This document shows positions 36,075 to 44,059 of a stretch of DNA of 64,000 nucleotides, in pieces; position 1 is the stretch's first letter; the number at the start of each line of letters is the position of its first letter. The notes below the pieces were generated by a model, which was not told the origin of the DNA, did not search any database, and saw only the letters and a list, made by a program, of their open reading frames with translations. Source of the DNA: Gemmatimonadaceae bacterium (GTDB taxonomy: Bacteria > Gemmatimonadota > Gemmatimonadetes > Gemmatimonadales > Gemmatimonadaceae); the NCBI GenBank assembly GCA_025929535.1, contig JAICLZ010000002.1:18565-82564 (forward strand), read 5' to 3'. Both the position numbers and the translations under genes were made by a program.

Positions 36075-37772
36075 CTACTCACCCGGCGGCGTTCGCACGC
36101 GGCAGATACGCGCAGGATCGAGGTGCCACCGCGTTGCCCATCGCGCGAGCGAGTCACCGACCGCACTGTCGGTGGTGGGCGTGTGCACACGAATGTCGTA
36201 GAACGTCCACGCAGGCGGCTGATTTCCGGAGTAGCCGTTGATCGTGGGCACGTCGCGCTCCATCGATGCCCACATCGCGTCGGCGTGGTAGTTCCAGGGA
36301 TCGTCCGCGCCGCCGATCGTCGTGTAGAGAAAGGCCCGGCATCCGGCGCCGATGCCGTTCGCCACGCGGGCGATTCGCGCACGGCCCTCACCCTTGTCGT
36401 ACGATGGCGGCTGCTGCATCTGCTCCGCCACGATTGCCGCGAGCATCGCCGTGACGATGAGCGCGCGCTTTCGCCGGTCTCTCCGCTTGAGCGCCAGCGC
36501 GGCGCGTGATGGTGGAATGCGCTGCGGTCGTGCGACCGCATCGATGAGAAGCGCGACACCGAGCGCCGCCGGGAGCAGGAGCGCGACACCGATGCGCGAC
36601 ACGGCGCGCAGCGCGGAGGCGCCGGGCACGACCAGGTAGATCAGGCGCCATGCGGTGAAGCCGCCGGGCCACTCCGTGGCGAGCAATGCCATGAGCAGCG
36701 GAACGATCACGGCGAACTGGACATCGCGCCGCCGTCGCGCGATCCAGAGTCCGATCGCTGCGCAGACGATCGTCGCGATGCCGAGGCCGAGCCGCTGCTC
36801 GTGCTCCATTGGAAGATCGTGAAAGGAGGCGCGTGCGGCGAGCCAGCCATAGAGCCAACTGCCGGGGCCCATGTATGCCCACGACTCCGGGCGCGGAAGC
36901 ATGCGCTCGACCACGAGAAAGCTCCGCGTGCCCACCTGCCGCTCGGCCTGCAGATAGTGTGTGATCAGCGGCGCGAGGAGAAGCGCGGACGCGAGCGCAG
37001 CGCCCGCGAGCGCTCCGAGATTGGCGCGAACGGCGAGCAGCGTGCGTCTTCGCGTGCCGGGCATTGCAACGGCCCACGCTGCCGCGAGCGCGAGCGCGAA
37101 GATGAGAAACCACGCGTAGTAGAAGCTGGAATAGAGTTGGGCCACCACCGCGCCGGCGAGGACGAACACCCACGCGGTGCGTCGCTCGACGCTCATGATC
37201 CCGGCACGAAGCTCGGGCTCGGGATCGAAGATCTCGAGGACTGCGAGAATGGCCAGCGCGATGTAGAAGAACGGAATCAACTGCGCGTGCATCACCTGCG
37301 CGGTGCGAACCGATGCGAACGAGAGGAGCATCGCGCCGGCAGCGGCCGCAACCGGCCGGCAGCGAAAGCCGCGCGAGAAGAGCAGCAGCGCCGATGCGAA
37401 ATTGAGCGTCGCGATCGTGAGGAGCCAGAGCTGAAACGCGGTGTCCGGAACGAAGCCCACGAGTCGCCACGGCCAGTAGAATGGCGCGACACCCAGAAGC
37501 ACGTCCGAGTACGCCGCCGTGTTCGGTGCCGGGTAGAACACGGGCGGACTCCAGAAGCGCTCGTGTCCCGGGAAGCCGAGCAGCCAGCGGTATCCGTGCT
37601 CGAGAATGTAGTTGTTGAGCCGGGTGTCGCCCCAATCGCTCTGGATGCGACGAAGGCCGGACAGGAGCATGGGATGGAATTGCAGCAAGATGCCCACGAT
37701 CCATGCTGCGACCGCGGCAGACACCGCTGCAAGCCTGCTCGCCCGCCGCTCGACGCGCCTCCCACCTTTCAC
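36075..37772 (-). CDS. Polytopic membrane protein with C-terminal soluble domain (possible unclassified GT-C-like enzyme)
   Basis: 565 aa with a GTG start and about 11-12 TM helices. The first extracytoplasmic loop reads SDWGDTRLNNYILEHGYRWL...FYPAPNTAAYSD. The function is inferred only from topology and context. Confidence 0.6.
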   Translation of the reverse strand: MKGGRRVERRASRLAAVSAAVAAWIVGILLQFHPMLLSGLRRIQSDWGDTRLNNYILEHGYRWLLGFPGHERFWSPPVFYPAPNTAAYSDVLLGVAPFYWPWRLVGFVPDTAFQLWLLTIATLNFASALLLFSRGFRCRPVAAAAGAMLLSFASVRTAQVMHAQLIPFFYIALAILAVLEIFDPEPELRAGIMSVERRTAWVFVLAGAVVAQLYSSFYYAWFLIFALALAAAWAVAMPGTRRRTLLAVRANLGALAGAALASALLLAPLITHYLQAERQVGTRSFLVVERMLPRPESWAYMGPGSWLYGWLAARASFHDLPMEHEQRLGLGIATIVCAAIGLWIARRRRDVQFAVIVPLLMALLATEWPGGFTAWRLIYLVVPGASALRAVSRIGVALLLPAALGVALLIDAVARPQRIPPSRAALALKRRDRRKRALIVTAMLAAIVAEQMQQPPSYDKGEGRARIARVANGIGAGCRAFLYTTIGGADDPWNYHADAMWASMERDVPTINGYSGNQPPAWTFYDIRVHTPTTDSAVGDSLARWATRWHLDPARICRVRTPPGE

Positions 37773-37856
37773 TGGCGCTCCCCTGCTCCTGATCTGGTGA
37801 AACGCGATGACGCGCGCAATGAGAGCGGAGGCATGTACAGCTAGACAATCCGGCTG

Positions 37857-38534
37857 TCAGTGCGAGCCGTGACCGGCCGCCGTATCCGCCGTGCCGGTCG
37901 TTCCCGTAAAGTCGGCCGTCGCGTTCTCGAGAAGCAGGTAATCGTAGTTGCCGTCGCCGTTGCCATGACAGGAAAGCTGTGCGCCGGGCGCCGACGGCGC
38001 GATTCCCGGCATCGTGCCGGAAGCCGGACTCCCGGCGCGCTTGATCCTGAACTTGACCGCGTGCGACCCAGTGACCGGTCGTGCCGCGTCGAAGTTTCTA
38101 CCCACGCACTCGCCTTCGCGGAATTGCGTGAGCGTCGTATCGATCGTGAGCTGGCCACGTGCATCCGGGGTGTAGGTGGCCACCGTGTAGTTCGCGCTGT
38201 CCACCTCGATCTCGAGCTCGTATCGGTGCCCGGTGGGAAGAGACCGGGCGTGCAGCACGAAATGCAGTGCCGGTCCGCGCGGTGCGTACAGCACCTCACC
38301 CGTGGCTCCGCCCTTGGAAGGTGGGATGGGATGGAAGGAAGAGTCCTTCTGCACGAGCTCGATACTCATCAAGCCATCGGCACGCGCCCGTGGTTTGCTC
38401 GATGACGTGCGCGATACGAAGAAAACGACGATAGCCGTTGCGACAAGCGATGGGACGAGCGCCCACAGCAGAGTCGCGATCGGGACTCGACGGTTGATCC
38501 CGGGGGAGAGCTCGTCTTGACTGTCCTTCGGCAT
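37857..38534 (-). CDS. Membrane-anchored exported protein, member 3 of the triplicated family
   Basis: SD GGAGG lies before ATG 38534. TM anchor LLWALVPSLVATAIVVFFV followed by GGATGEVLY, HRYELEI, PDARGQL, CVG and SCHGNGDGNYDYLL. Thr/Gly-rich tail. Confidence 0.7.
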   Translation of the reverse strand: MPKDSQDELSPGINRRVPIATLLWALVPSLVATAIVVFFVSRTSSSKPRARADGLMSIELVQKDSSFHPIPPSKGGATGEVLYAPRGPALHFVLHARSLPTGHRYELEIEVDSANYTVATYTPDARGQLTIDTTLTQFREGECVGRNFDAARPVTGSHAVKFRIKRAGSPASGTMPGIAPSAPGAQLSCHGNGDGNYDYLLLENATADFTGTTGTADTAAGHGSH

Positions 38535-38574
38535 TCACCCTCCAAGGGAATGACAGGAGGTCGGCCGCCTCTTG

Positions 38575-38611
38575 CTATTCAAACAGACGATTAATACAGT
38601 TGTTTGAATAG
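38575..38611. promoter_or_regulatory. Candidate TetR operator upstream of the HlyD/ABC-2/TetR operon
   Basis: Perfect 11-bp inverted repeat: CTATTCAAACA (38575..38585) and TGTTTGAATAG (38601..38611). It surrounds an AT-rich 15-bp core containing ATTAAT. Confidence 0.5.
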
Positions 38612-38648
38612 TTTCCACGACCGCTCCAGAACTTCGAACACCGAGCTC

Positions 38649-39692
38649 ATGAATCGCAAGCGTCAGATCTTCGTTGCAGTCGCGCTCGTAGTAATGGCGA
38701 TCGCCGCCTACGCGGTCTTCGCCCCCGCAAAGCCACTCGTGCTGACCGGCATCGTCACCACCAACGATGTCATCGTCAGCCCACAGATCGGCGGCCAGGT
38801 GCAGAAGCTTCTCGTCAGCGAGGGCGACTCGGTATCGGCCGGGCAGCTTCTCGCCGTGATCGCCCCGGGCGAGCTCGCCGCCGACCAGGCCTACTATGCG
38901 CACAGCGCCGAGGGCGTGGCAACTGAGGTGCGGGAGAACGAATCTGCCGTTCGGTATCAGGCGCAGCAGATGACGCAACAGGTTCGCCAGGCGGAAGCCA
39001 CGGTCGCGAGCGCCGAGGCACAGCGCGCGCAGACGGCGGCCGACTACGCCAATGCACAGAGCAATTACGACCGCCTCGTGCCTCTCCTCAAGAGCGGTGC
39101 CATCTCGCAACAGACAGCCGACCAGCAGCGCACCGATCTCCTCGTCGCCAAAGCAAAGTCCGAAGCCGCCGACCGTCAGGTCGATGCCCAGCGTGCGGCG
39201 CTCGAGCTCGCACGAGGTCAGCAAGAGCAGGTCGCGATGAAGCGAAGCGCGCTCGCGGCATCGCAGCAGGAACGTGCCGCCGCCACCGCGCAGGCCGCAA
39301 AGGCGAACGTCCGTCTGGGCTACTCCGAGATTCGCGCGCCACTGGCCGGCATCGTCGACGTGCGCGCCGTGCGCGCGGGCGAAGTCGTTGCCGCAGGCGC
39401 GCCCATCCTGACGCTCATCAATCCCGACGACCTCTGGGTGCGCGCGGATGTCGAAGAGAGCTACATCGGCCGCATCAAGCTGGGCGATCACCTCGACGTG
39501 CGCCTTCCCTCGGGTGAAACGCGCAGGGCAATCGTCTTCTTCCGCGGCGTGGATGCGGGCTTCGCCACACAGCGGGATGTGAGTCGCAGCAAGCGCGACA
39601 TCAAGACGTTCGAGATCAGGTTGCGCATCGACAACAAGGATCGCCGCCTCGCCACGGGCATGACGGCGTACGTGCTCCTGCCGGTGTCGTGA
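38649..39692 (+). CDS. HlyD-family membrane fusion protein (YbhG-like)
   Basis: N-terminal TM helix, a lipoyl-like segment (QVQKLLVSEGDSVSAGQLLAVI), a long coiled coil, and IRAPLAGIVDVRAVRAGEVV. The start is ATG 38649 (or 38604). Confidence 0.85.
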   Translation: MNRKRQIFVAVALVVMAIAAYAVFAPAKPLVLTGIVTTNDVIVSPQIGGQVQKLLVSEGDSVSAGQLLAVIAPGELAADQAYYAHSAEGVATEVRENESAVRYQAQQMTQQVRQAEATVASAEAQRAQTAADYANAQSNYDRLVPLLKSGAISQQTADQQRTDLLVAKAKSEAADRQVDAQRAALELARGQQEQVAMKRSALAASQQERAAATAQAAKANVRLGYSEIRAPLAGIVDVRAVRAGEVVAAGAPILTLINPDDLWVRADVEESYIGRIKLGDHLDVRLPSGETRRAIVFFRGVDAGFATQRDVSRSKRDIKTFEIRLRIDNKDRRLATGMTAYVLLPVS

Positions 39693-40687
39693 TGCCGGCC
39701 GCGATCGACGTCATGCACATCGTCAGGAAGTTCGATGACTTCACCGCCGTGGACGACATCTCCTTCACCGTCCGGCGCGGCGAGATCTTCGGTCTTCTCG
39801 GACCCAATGGCGCGGGGAAGTCGACGCTCATTCGCATGCTCACGACGCTCATTCCGCCCACCTCCGGAACCGCGGAGGTGGATGGCATCGATGTGGTCAG
39901 GGACCCGAACGGCGTGCGGAAGGTCATCGGCGTCATTCCGCAGGCGCTCACGAGCGATCTCGAGCTCAGCGTGTACGAGAATCTCCTCATCTTCGCGAAG
40001 CTCTACGGCGTTCCTCGCGAGAATCGGAACAAGCTGATCGCCGGGCTGCTCGAGTCCGTGGAGCTGACGCAGTGGGCCAGCGAGCCGGTGAAGAAGCTCT
40101 CGGGAGGCATGCGCCGTCGCGTGGAGATCGCGCGCGGGCTCGTGCATAGTCCGCGCGTGCTCTTCCTCGACGAGCCCACCACGGGACTCGATCCCGTGTC
40201 GCGCGCGGCAGTGTGGGAGATGGTGAAGAAGGTGAAGGAACAGCACGAGCTCACCGTGCTGCTGACGACGCACTACATGGACGAGGCGGACAGCTGGTGC
40301 GATCGCATCGCGATCGTCGACCACGGGCGTCTCATGGCGCTCGACTCACCGCTGCGGCTCAAGGCATCCATTCCGGGCACGAACACGATCGAGGCGAGCT
40401 TCGGCTCGGCGCCGGCGGACTGGACCGAGCAGCTCGCGTCGCTCGCGGGCGTGGAGCGCGTGACCGGAGACGCGCACGTCGCGCGCATCGCGACGGACAA
40501 TGGCCCCGAGACCACGACCGCCATGTTCGCGGCCGCGGCGGAGGCCGGAGTCAGTGTGCTCTCCCTGGCCGTCGAGAGCACGACGCTCGACGACGTGTTC
40601 GTGCACTACACCGGCCGCCAACTGCGGGACGCGCTGCAGGAGCCGTCGGCGGCGGACCGCTCGATCATGATCAACCGCGGCCGATAG
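39689..40687 (+). CDS. ABC transporter ATP-binding protein (ABC-2/DrrA/YbhF-like)
   Basis: Walker A GPNGAGKST, signature LSGGMRRRV and Walker B VLFLDEPTTGLD. Confidence 0.9.
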   Translation: MMPAAIDVMHIVRKFDDFTAVDDISFTVRRGEIFGLLGPNGAGKSTLIRMLTTLIPPTSGTAEVDGIDVVRDPNGVRKVIGVIPQALTSDLELSVYENLLIFAKLYGVPRENRNKLIAGLLESVELTQWASEPVKKLSGGMRRRVEIARGLVHSPRVLFLDEPTTGLDPVSRAAVWEMVKKVKEQHELTVLLTTHYMDEADSWCDRIAIVDHGRLMALDSPLRLKASIPGTNTIEASFGSAPADWTEQLASLAGVERVTGDAHVARIATDNGPETTTAMFAAAAEAGVSVLSLAVESTTLDDVFVHYTGRQLRDALQEPSAADRSIMINRGR

Positions 40688-40696
40688 GAGGACGAC

Positions 40697-41812
40697 GTGC
40701 ATCGTACGTGGGCCATCATCGAGCGCGAGCTGCGGCGCTTCCGCCGCAGCCCGATGCTCATCGTCATGTCGCTCGTCATGCCGATCGTTCAGCTCATCGT
40801 GCTCGGCTACGCATTCGGCGGGCAGGTGAAGCATCTCAGGGTGGGGCTCGTCGACCAGGATCACGGCGTGCCCGCGGTTCGGCTGCACGAGCTCTCGAAT
40901 GCCGTCGCGTCGAACGCGCAGACCTTCACGCCGCAGATGTACAACGACCTGGGCACGGCGCTCGGCGATCTGCGGAATGGCCGCCTCAACGGCGTGCTCG
41001 CGATCCCGCCGGACTTCTCACGGCGGATGCTCGTGGGCAGCAATCCCCGCGTGGCGCTCATAGAGGACAACACCGACAACTTCGTGAGCGCGAGTCTCGC
41101 CGGCGCGTACTCGGGATTGATCACATCGTACAACCAGCCCGTGGCGTCGGGGCAGCGAACGGGCACGCAGACGTCGCTCGACGTCGTCGAGATGTATCCG
41201 TACGTCCCGTACATCCAGTACCTGCTGCCCGGCTCGATCGTGATGTCGATCTTCATGATGGTGATGATCGGCGGCGGCATCATCTTCGTCGACGACAAGG
41301 CTCGCGGGCTGCACGAGGGCTATCTCGTCACGCCGATCACGCGGCTCGAGCTCATTCTCGGCTTCAATCTGTCCGGGGCGATCAAGGCTGTGTTGGCGGG
41401 ACTCGTGCTGATGACGATCGGCTCGCTCATCGCCGGCGTGCCCAATCCCTTCGAGCCGCTCCGGCTGCTCCGGATGTTCGTGGTGATCGTGGTGACCGCC
41501 GTCGCGCTCGTGAGCATGATGTTCCTGTTCATGGTGCGCGTGAACGACCCGCTGATTCCGCGCGCGACGTTCGGCGTGCTCAACACCTTTCTCTACTTTC
41601 CGAGCGGCGCGGTGTATCCGACGCAGGCCTTCCCCGGGTGGATGCGCGCGATCTCGAAGATCGACCCGTTCACGTACGCCGTGCACGCACTGAAGAGCCT
41701 CGTGCTCAAGAACACGGGCTTCGGAGCGATCGGCCTCGACCTTCTCTTCCTCGCTCTCTTCTCGCTCGCGTCGATGACGCTGGCGACGAAGCTCTTCCGG
41801 CGCACGCTGTGA
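40697..41812 (+). CDS. ABC-2 type transporter permease (YbhR/YbhS-like)
   Basis: 371 aa with one N-terminal TM helix, a periplasmic loop and five C-terminal TM helices. Confidence 0.85.
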   Translation: MHRTWAIIERELRRFRRSPMLIVMSLVMPIVQLIVLGYAFGGQVKHLRVGLVDQDHGVPAVRLHELSNAVASNAQTFTPQMYNDLGTALGDLRNGRLNGVLAIPPDFSRRMLVGSNPRVALIEDNTDNFVSASLAGAYSGLITSYNQPVASGQRTGTQTSLDVVEMYPYVPYIQYLLPGSIVMSIFMMVMIGGGIIFVDDKARGLHEGYLVTPITRLELILGFNLSGAIKAVLAGLVLMTIGSLIAGVPNPFEPLRLLRMFVVIVVTAVALVSMMFLFMVRVNDPLIPRATFGVLNTFLYFPSGAVYPTQAFPGWMRAISKIDPFTYAVHALKSLVLKNTGFGAIGLDLLFLALFSLASMTLATKLFRRTL

Positions 41813-42474
41813 CCGGCGCAGCGGAGCACGGCACGGACACGCGCACGCGACTGCTCGATGCGGCGATGCGCCTCTTCACCGAGCGCGGGTTCGCCAAGGT
41901 GACGGTTCGCGACATCACCGCGGCAGCGGGGGCAAATCTCGCCGCGGTGAGCTATCACTTTCGCGACAAGGCGGGGCTCTACGAGGAAGTGCTCGCGCTC
42001 GGCCTGCGATCGGCGCAGGAGATGAACGCCGAGGTGATGCTGCCGAGGGAGGGGCATTCCCCGGAGGAGCGGATGCGCCACTACGTGCGGCAGTATCTGC
42101 CCCGCATCATTCGCACGGACGGGCGCGGAGGGATTTATCAGCTGTTGAAGCACGAGATGTCGGACCCCACGCCCATCGCGCGAACGTACGTGCGGCAGGC
42201 GATCATGCCGCGCATCGAGTTCCTGATCGAGATCGTTCGCGAGATGCTCGGCGGGACAGCGAGCGACGCCCGCGTGCAGCGCTGCGTGATGAGCATTCAG
42301 GCGCAGTGCCTCTATTTTCTGCCCGATCCCTTCAAGAACCTGGTGGCAGGGGACTGGCAGCCGGGTACGAGCGACCAGATTCGCGAGATGGCGGATCACA
42401 TCGCGGACTTCTCGCTCGCGGGAATCCGCGCGCTCGGCGAAGCACGCCGCGGCCCGCGCGTGCGGCCGCGCTAG
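41809..42474 (+). CDS. TetR family transcriptional regulator (CerR-like C-terminal domain)
   Basis: GTG 41809 overlaps the permease stop (GTGA). HTH: RTRLLDAAMRLFTERGFAKVTVRDITAAAGANLAAVSYHFRDKAGLY. This is only the last 221 codons of ORF 40213..42474. Confidence 0.85.
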   Translation: MTGAAEHGTDTRTRLLDAAMRLFTERGFAKVTVRDITAAAGANLAAVSYHFRDKAGLYEEVLALGLRSAQEMNAEVMLPREGHSPEERMRHYVRQYLPRIIRTDGRGGIYQLLKHEMSDPTPIARTYVRQAIMPRIEFLIEIVREMLGGTASDARVQRCVMSIQAQCLYFLPDPFKNLVAGDWQPGTSDQIREMADHIADFSLAGIRALGEARRGPRVRPR

Positions 42475-42499
42475 CCCGATCTGCGGGGCGCGCAGCAGG

Positions 42500-43201
42500 C
42501 TACTGGTGTGCGCACCACCGCATCACGACCGTTCCCACGATCAGCGCGTTCTCGCGAGGAATCGAGAATGTCGCGAACTCCGGATTGAGCGAGCGCAGCT
42601 CGATCGCCCGCCGCGAGAGCCGGCCCACCGCCTTCACGACATAGCCCTCCTCGGGCCGGCGCGCAACGACGATCGAGTCGCGACGCACCGTCGCGCCGAC
42701 GTTCACGAGCACCACGTCGCCGGCGTGGAGCGCGGGCTCCATGCTGCTGCCGCGCACCGTGAGCGCGACGTACTTGTGCCCCGTGGCGAGCGCGCGAGGC
42801 AGCTCGATCCAGCGCTCGCACGGCTCATCCCAGAGCTCGCGCCCGACTCCCGCAGCAACGCCCAGCTCCGGCCACGGCACGAGCCCCTCGCGCACCGCAC
42901 CATCGTTGCGAGATTCGTGCACCACCGGATCGCCCGGAGCGGCTGTGACACCGAGCTGGCGGGCAAGCACGAGGGCCTGCATGCGCCGCGCGAACCGCTC
43001 CGCTCGTGCCTCCGTCGCACGTCGCTCGCCGCTCCGCTGTCCCGCACGCGCGTCGCGTGCAAGCCACTCGTGAAACTCCGCATTCGCCGCGCTCGCAGGG
43101 TCGAGCCGATGCTCGCCCGCACGCACCACCAGCCGCGCCAGCTCGTCCATCTCGCGCTCTCGCCGCTCCTGGCGATCGCCTGCGTATTCAGTCGGTTCCA
43201 T
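42500..43201 (-). CDS. LexA/CI-like S24 self-cleaving peptidase domain protein lacking a recognisable HTH
   Basis: Strong SD AGGAGGAG lies before ATG 43201. It has an Ala-Gly cleavage-site context (PELGVAAGVG), nucleophile GSSMEP, and the Lys in YVVKAVG. The N-terminal 100 aa are highly charged and helical. Confidence 0.75.
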   Translation of the reverse strand: MEPTEYAGDRQERREREMDELARLVVRAGEHRLDPASAANAEFHEWLARDARAGQRSGERRATEARAERFARRMQALVLARQLGVTAAPGDPVVHESRNDGAVREGLVPWPELGVAAGVGRELWDEPCERWIELPRALATGHKYVALTVRGSSMEPALHAGDVVLVNVGATVRRDSIVVARRPEEGYVVKAVGRLSRRAIELRSLNPEFATFSIPRENALIVGTVVMRWCAHQ

Positions 43202-43949
43202 GTGCTCCTCCTGATTCGGCCACGCGCGAGGCGCGACTGGCCACTTTGCCACGGGCGGATCTCACCATTCCCCGTCCGATTCCACCGCTCCTGCGAAACA
43301 GCTCGATGAGCTCTTCGCGCTCCGCACCCGTGCATTCGTTCACGTGACGCAGCGCGCGCTCGCGCAGCCGGCTTCGCGTGCGCGAGAGCCGCACCTTGGC
43401 CGCGGAATATCCGATGCCGAGCCACGCCGCGATCTCGCGCATCGGCACGGCGTTGCTCACCCACGTGAGCATCTGCCGCTCCTCCGTCGAGAGCTCGGCG
43501 TCGAGCGTCGCGGCGAGGCGTGCGATGGCGGGCGAAGGGGCGATCGCCCGCGCGCTCATGCTTCCGCCGCTCGCACGCAGCGAGCTCTCGGAGCAGCTCG
43601 CGAGTGCCACGCGCTCCCCGGTCTCCTCGGCGTACGACGTCGCCCGCGCGTCGCGCTGCTGGCGTCGTGCGACCGAGCGGCGTGCATCGAGAAAGTGATT
43701 GCGGAACGCGCGCTGGATGTACCGATGGATGTCGCGCACCGATTCCCGCGCGCGAGCACCTGAGCTGCACTCCACCAGCGAGAGCACGACCGCGCCGAGC
43801 ACATCGTGCGCATCCTCCTCCCACGCGTCCGACAGCACGCCGGCGCGTGCCGCGTAGCGCGCCAGCAGCGGCTCGAAGCGCAGGTAGAACTCGCGCAGCG
43901 CGTCGTAGCTCCCCTGGCGCATCGCTGCCACGAGCTCCGCGTCCGACAT
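43188..43949 (-). CDS. ECF-type sigma-70 family factor with about 50-aa C-terminal extension
   Basis: Region 2 (YDALREFYLRFEPLLARYAAR...DAHDVLGAVVL) and region 4 HTH (LSTEERQMLTWVSNAVPMREIAAWLGIGYSAAKVRLSRTRSRLR). It overlaps the S24 gene start by 14 nt. Confidence 0.75.
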   Translation of the reverse strand: MSDAELVAAMRQGSYDALREFYLRFEPLLARYAARAGVLSDAWEEDAHDVLGAVVLSLVECSSGARARESVRDIHRYIQRAFRNHFLDARRSVARRQQRDARATSYAEETGERVALASCSESSLRASGGSMSARAIAPSPAIARLAATLDAELSTEERQMLTWVSNAVPMREIAAWLGIGYSAAKVRLSRTRSRLRERALRHVNECTGAEREELIELFRRSGGIGRGMVRSARGKVASRASRVAESGGAHGTD

Positions 43950-44059
43950 CTCCCGCCACCGGCCACGCTCGCTCACCGTCGCCTCCGCTCGCCATCCTCG
44001 CGCACCGTGCGCGCAGATCGTCTCGACACTTCGCTCGCCACTGTGAAGACGCCGGATGG

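Noticed and set aside
40213-41808. The first 530 codons of the 753-aa ORF 40213..42474
   Set aside because: This part overlaps the ABC ATPase and permease genes in another frame and is Arg/Gly-rich. Only the last 221 codons, from GTG 41809, form a genuine TetR regulator.
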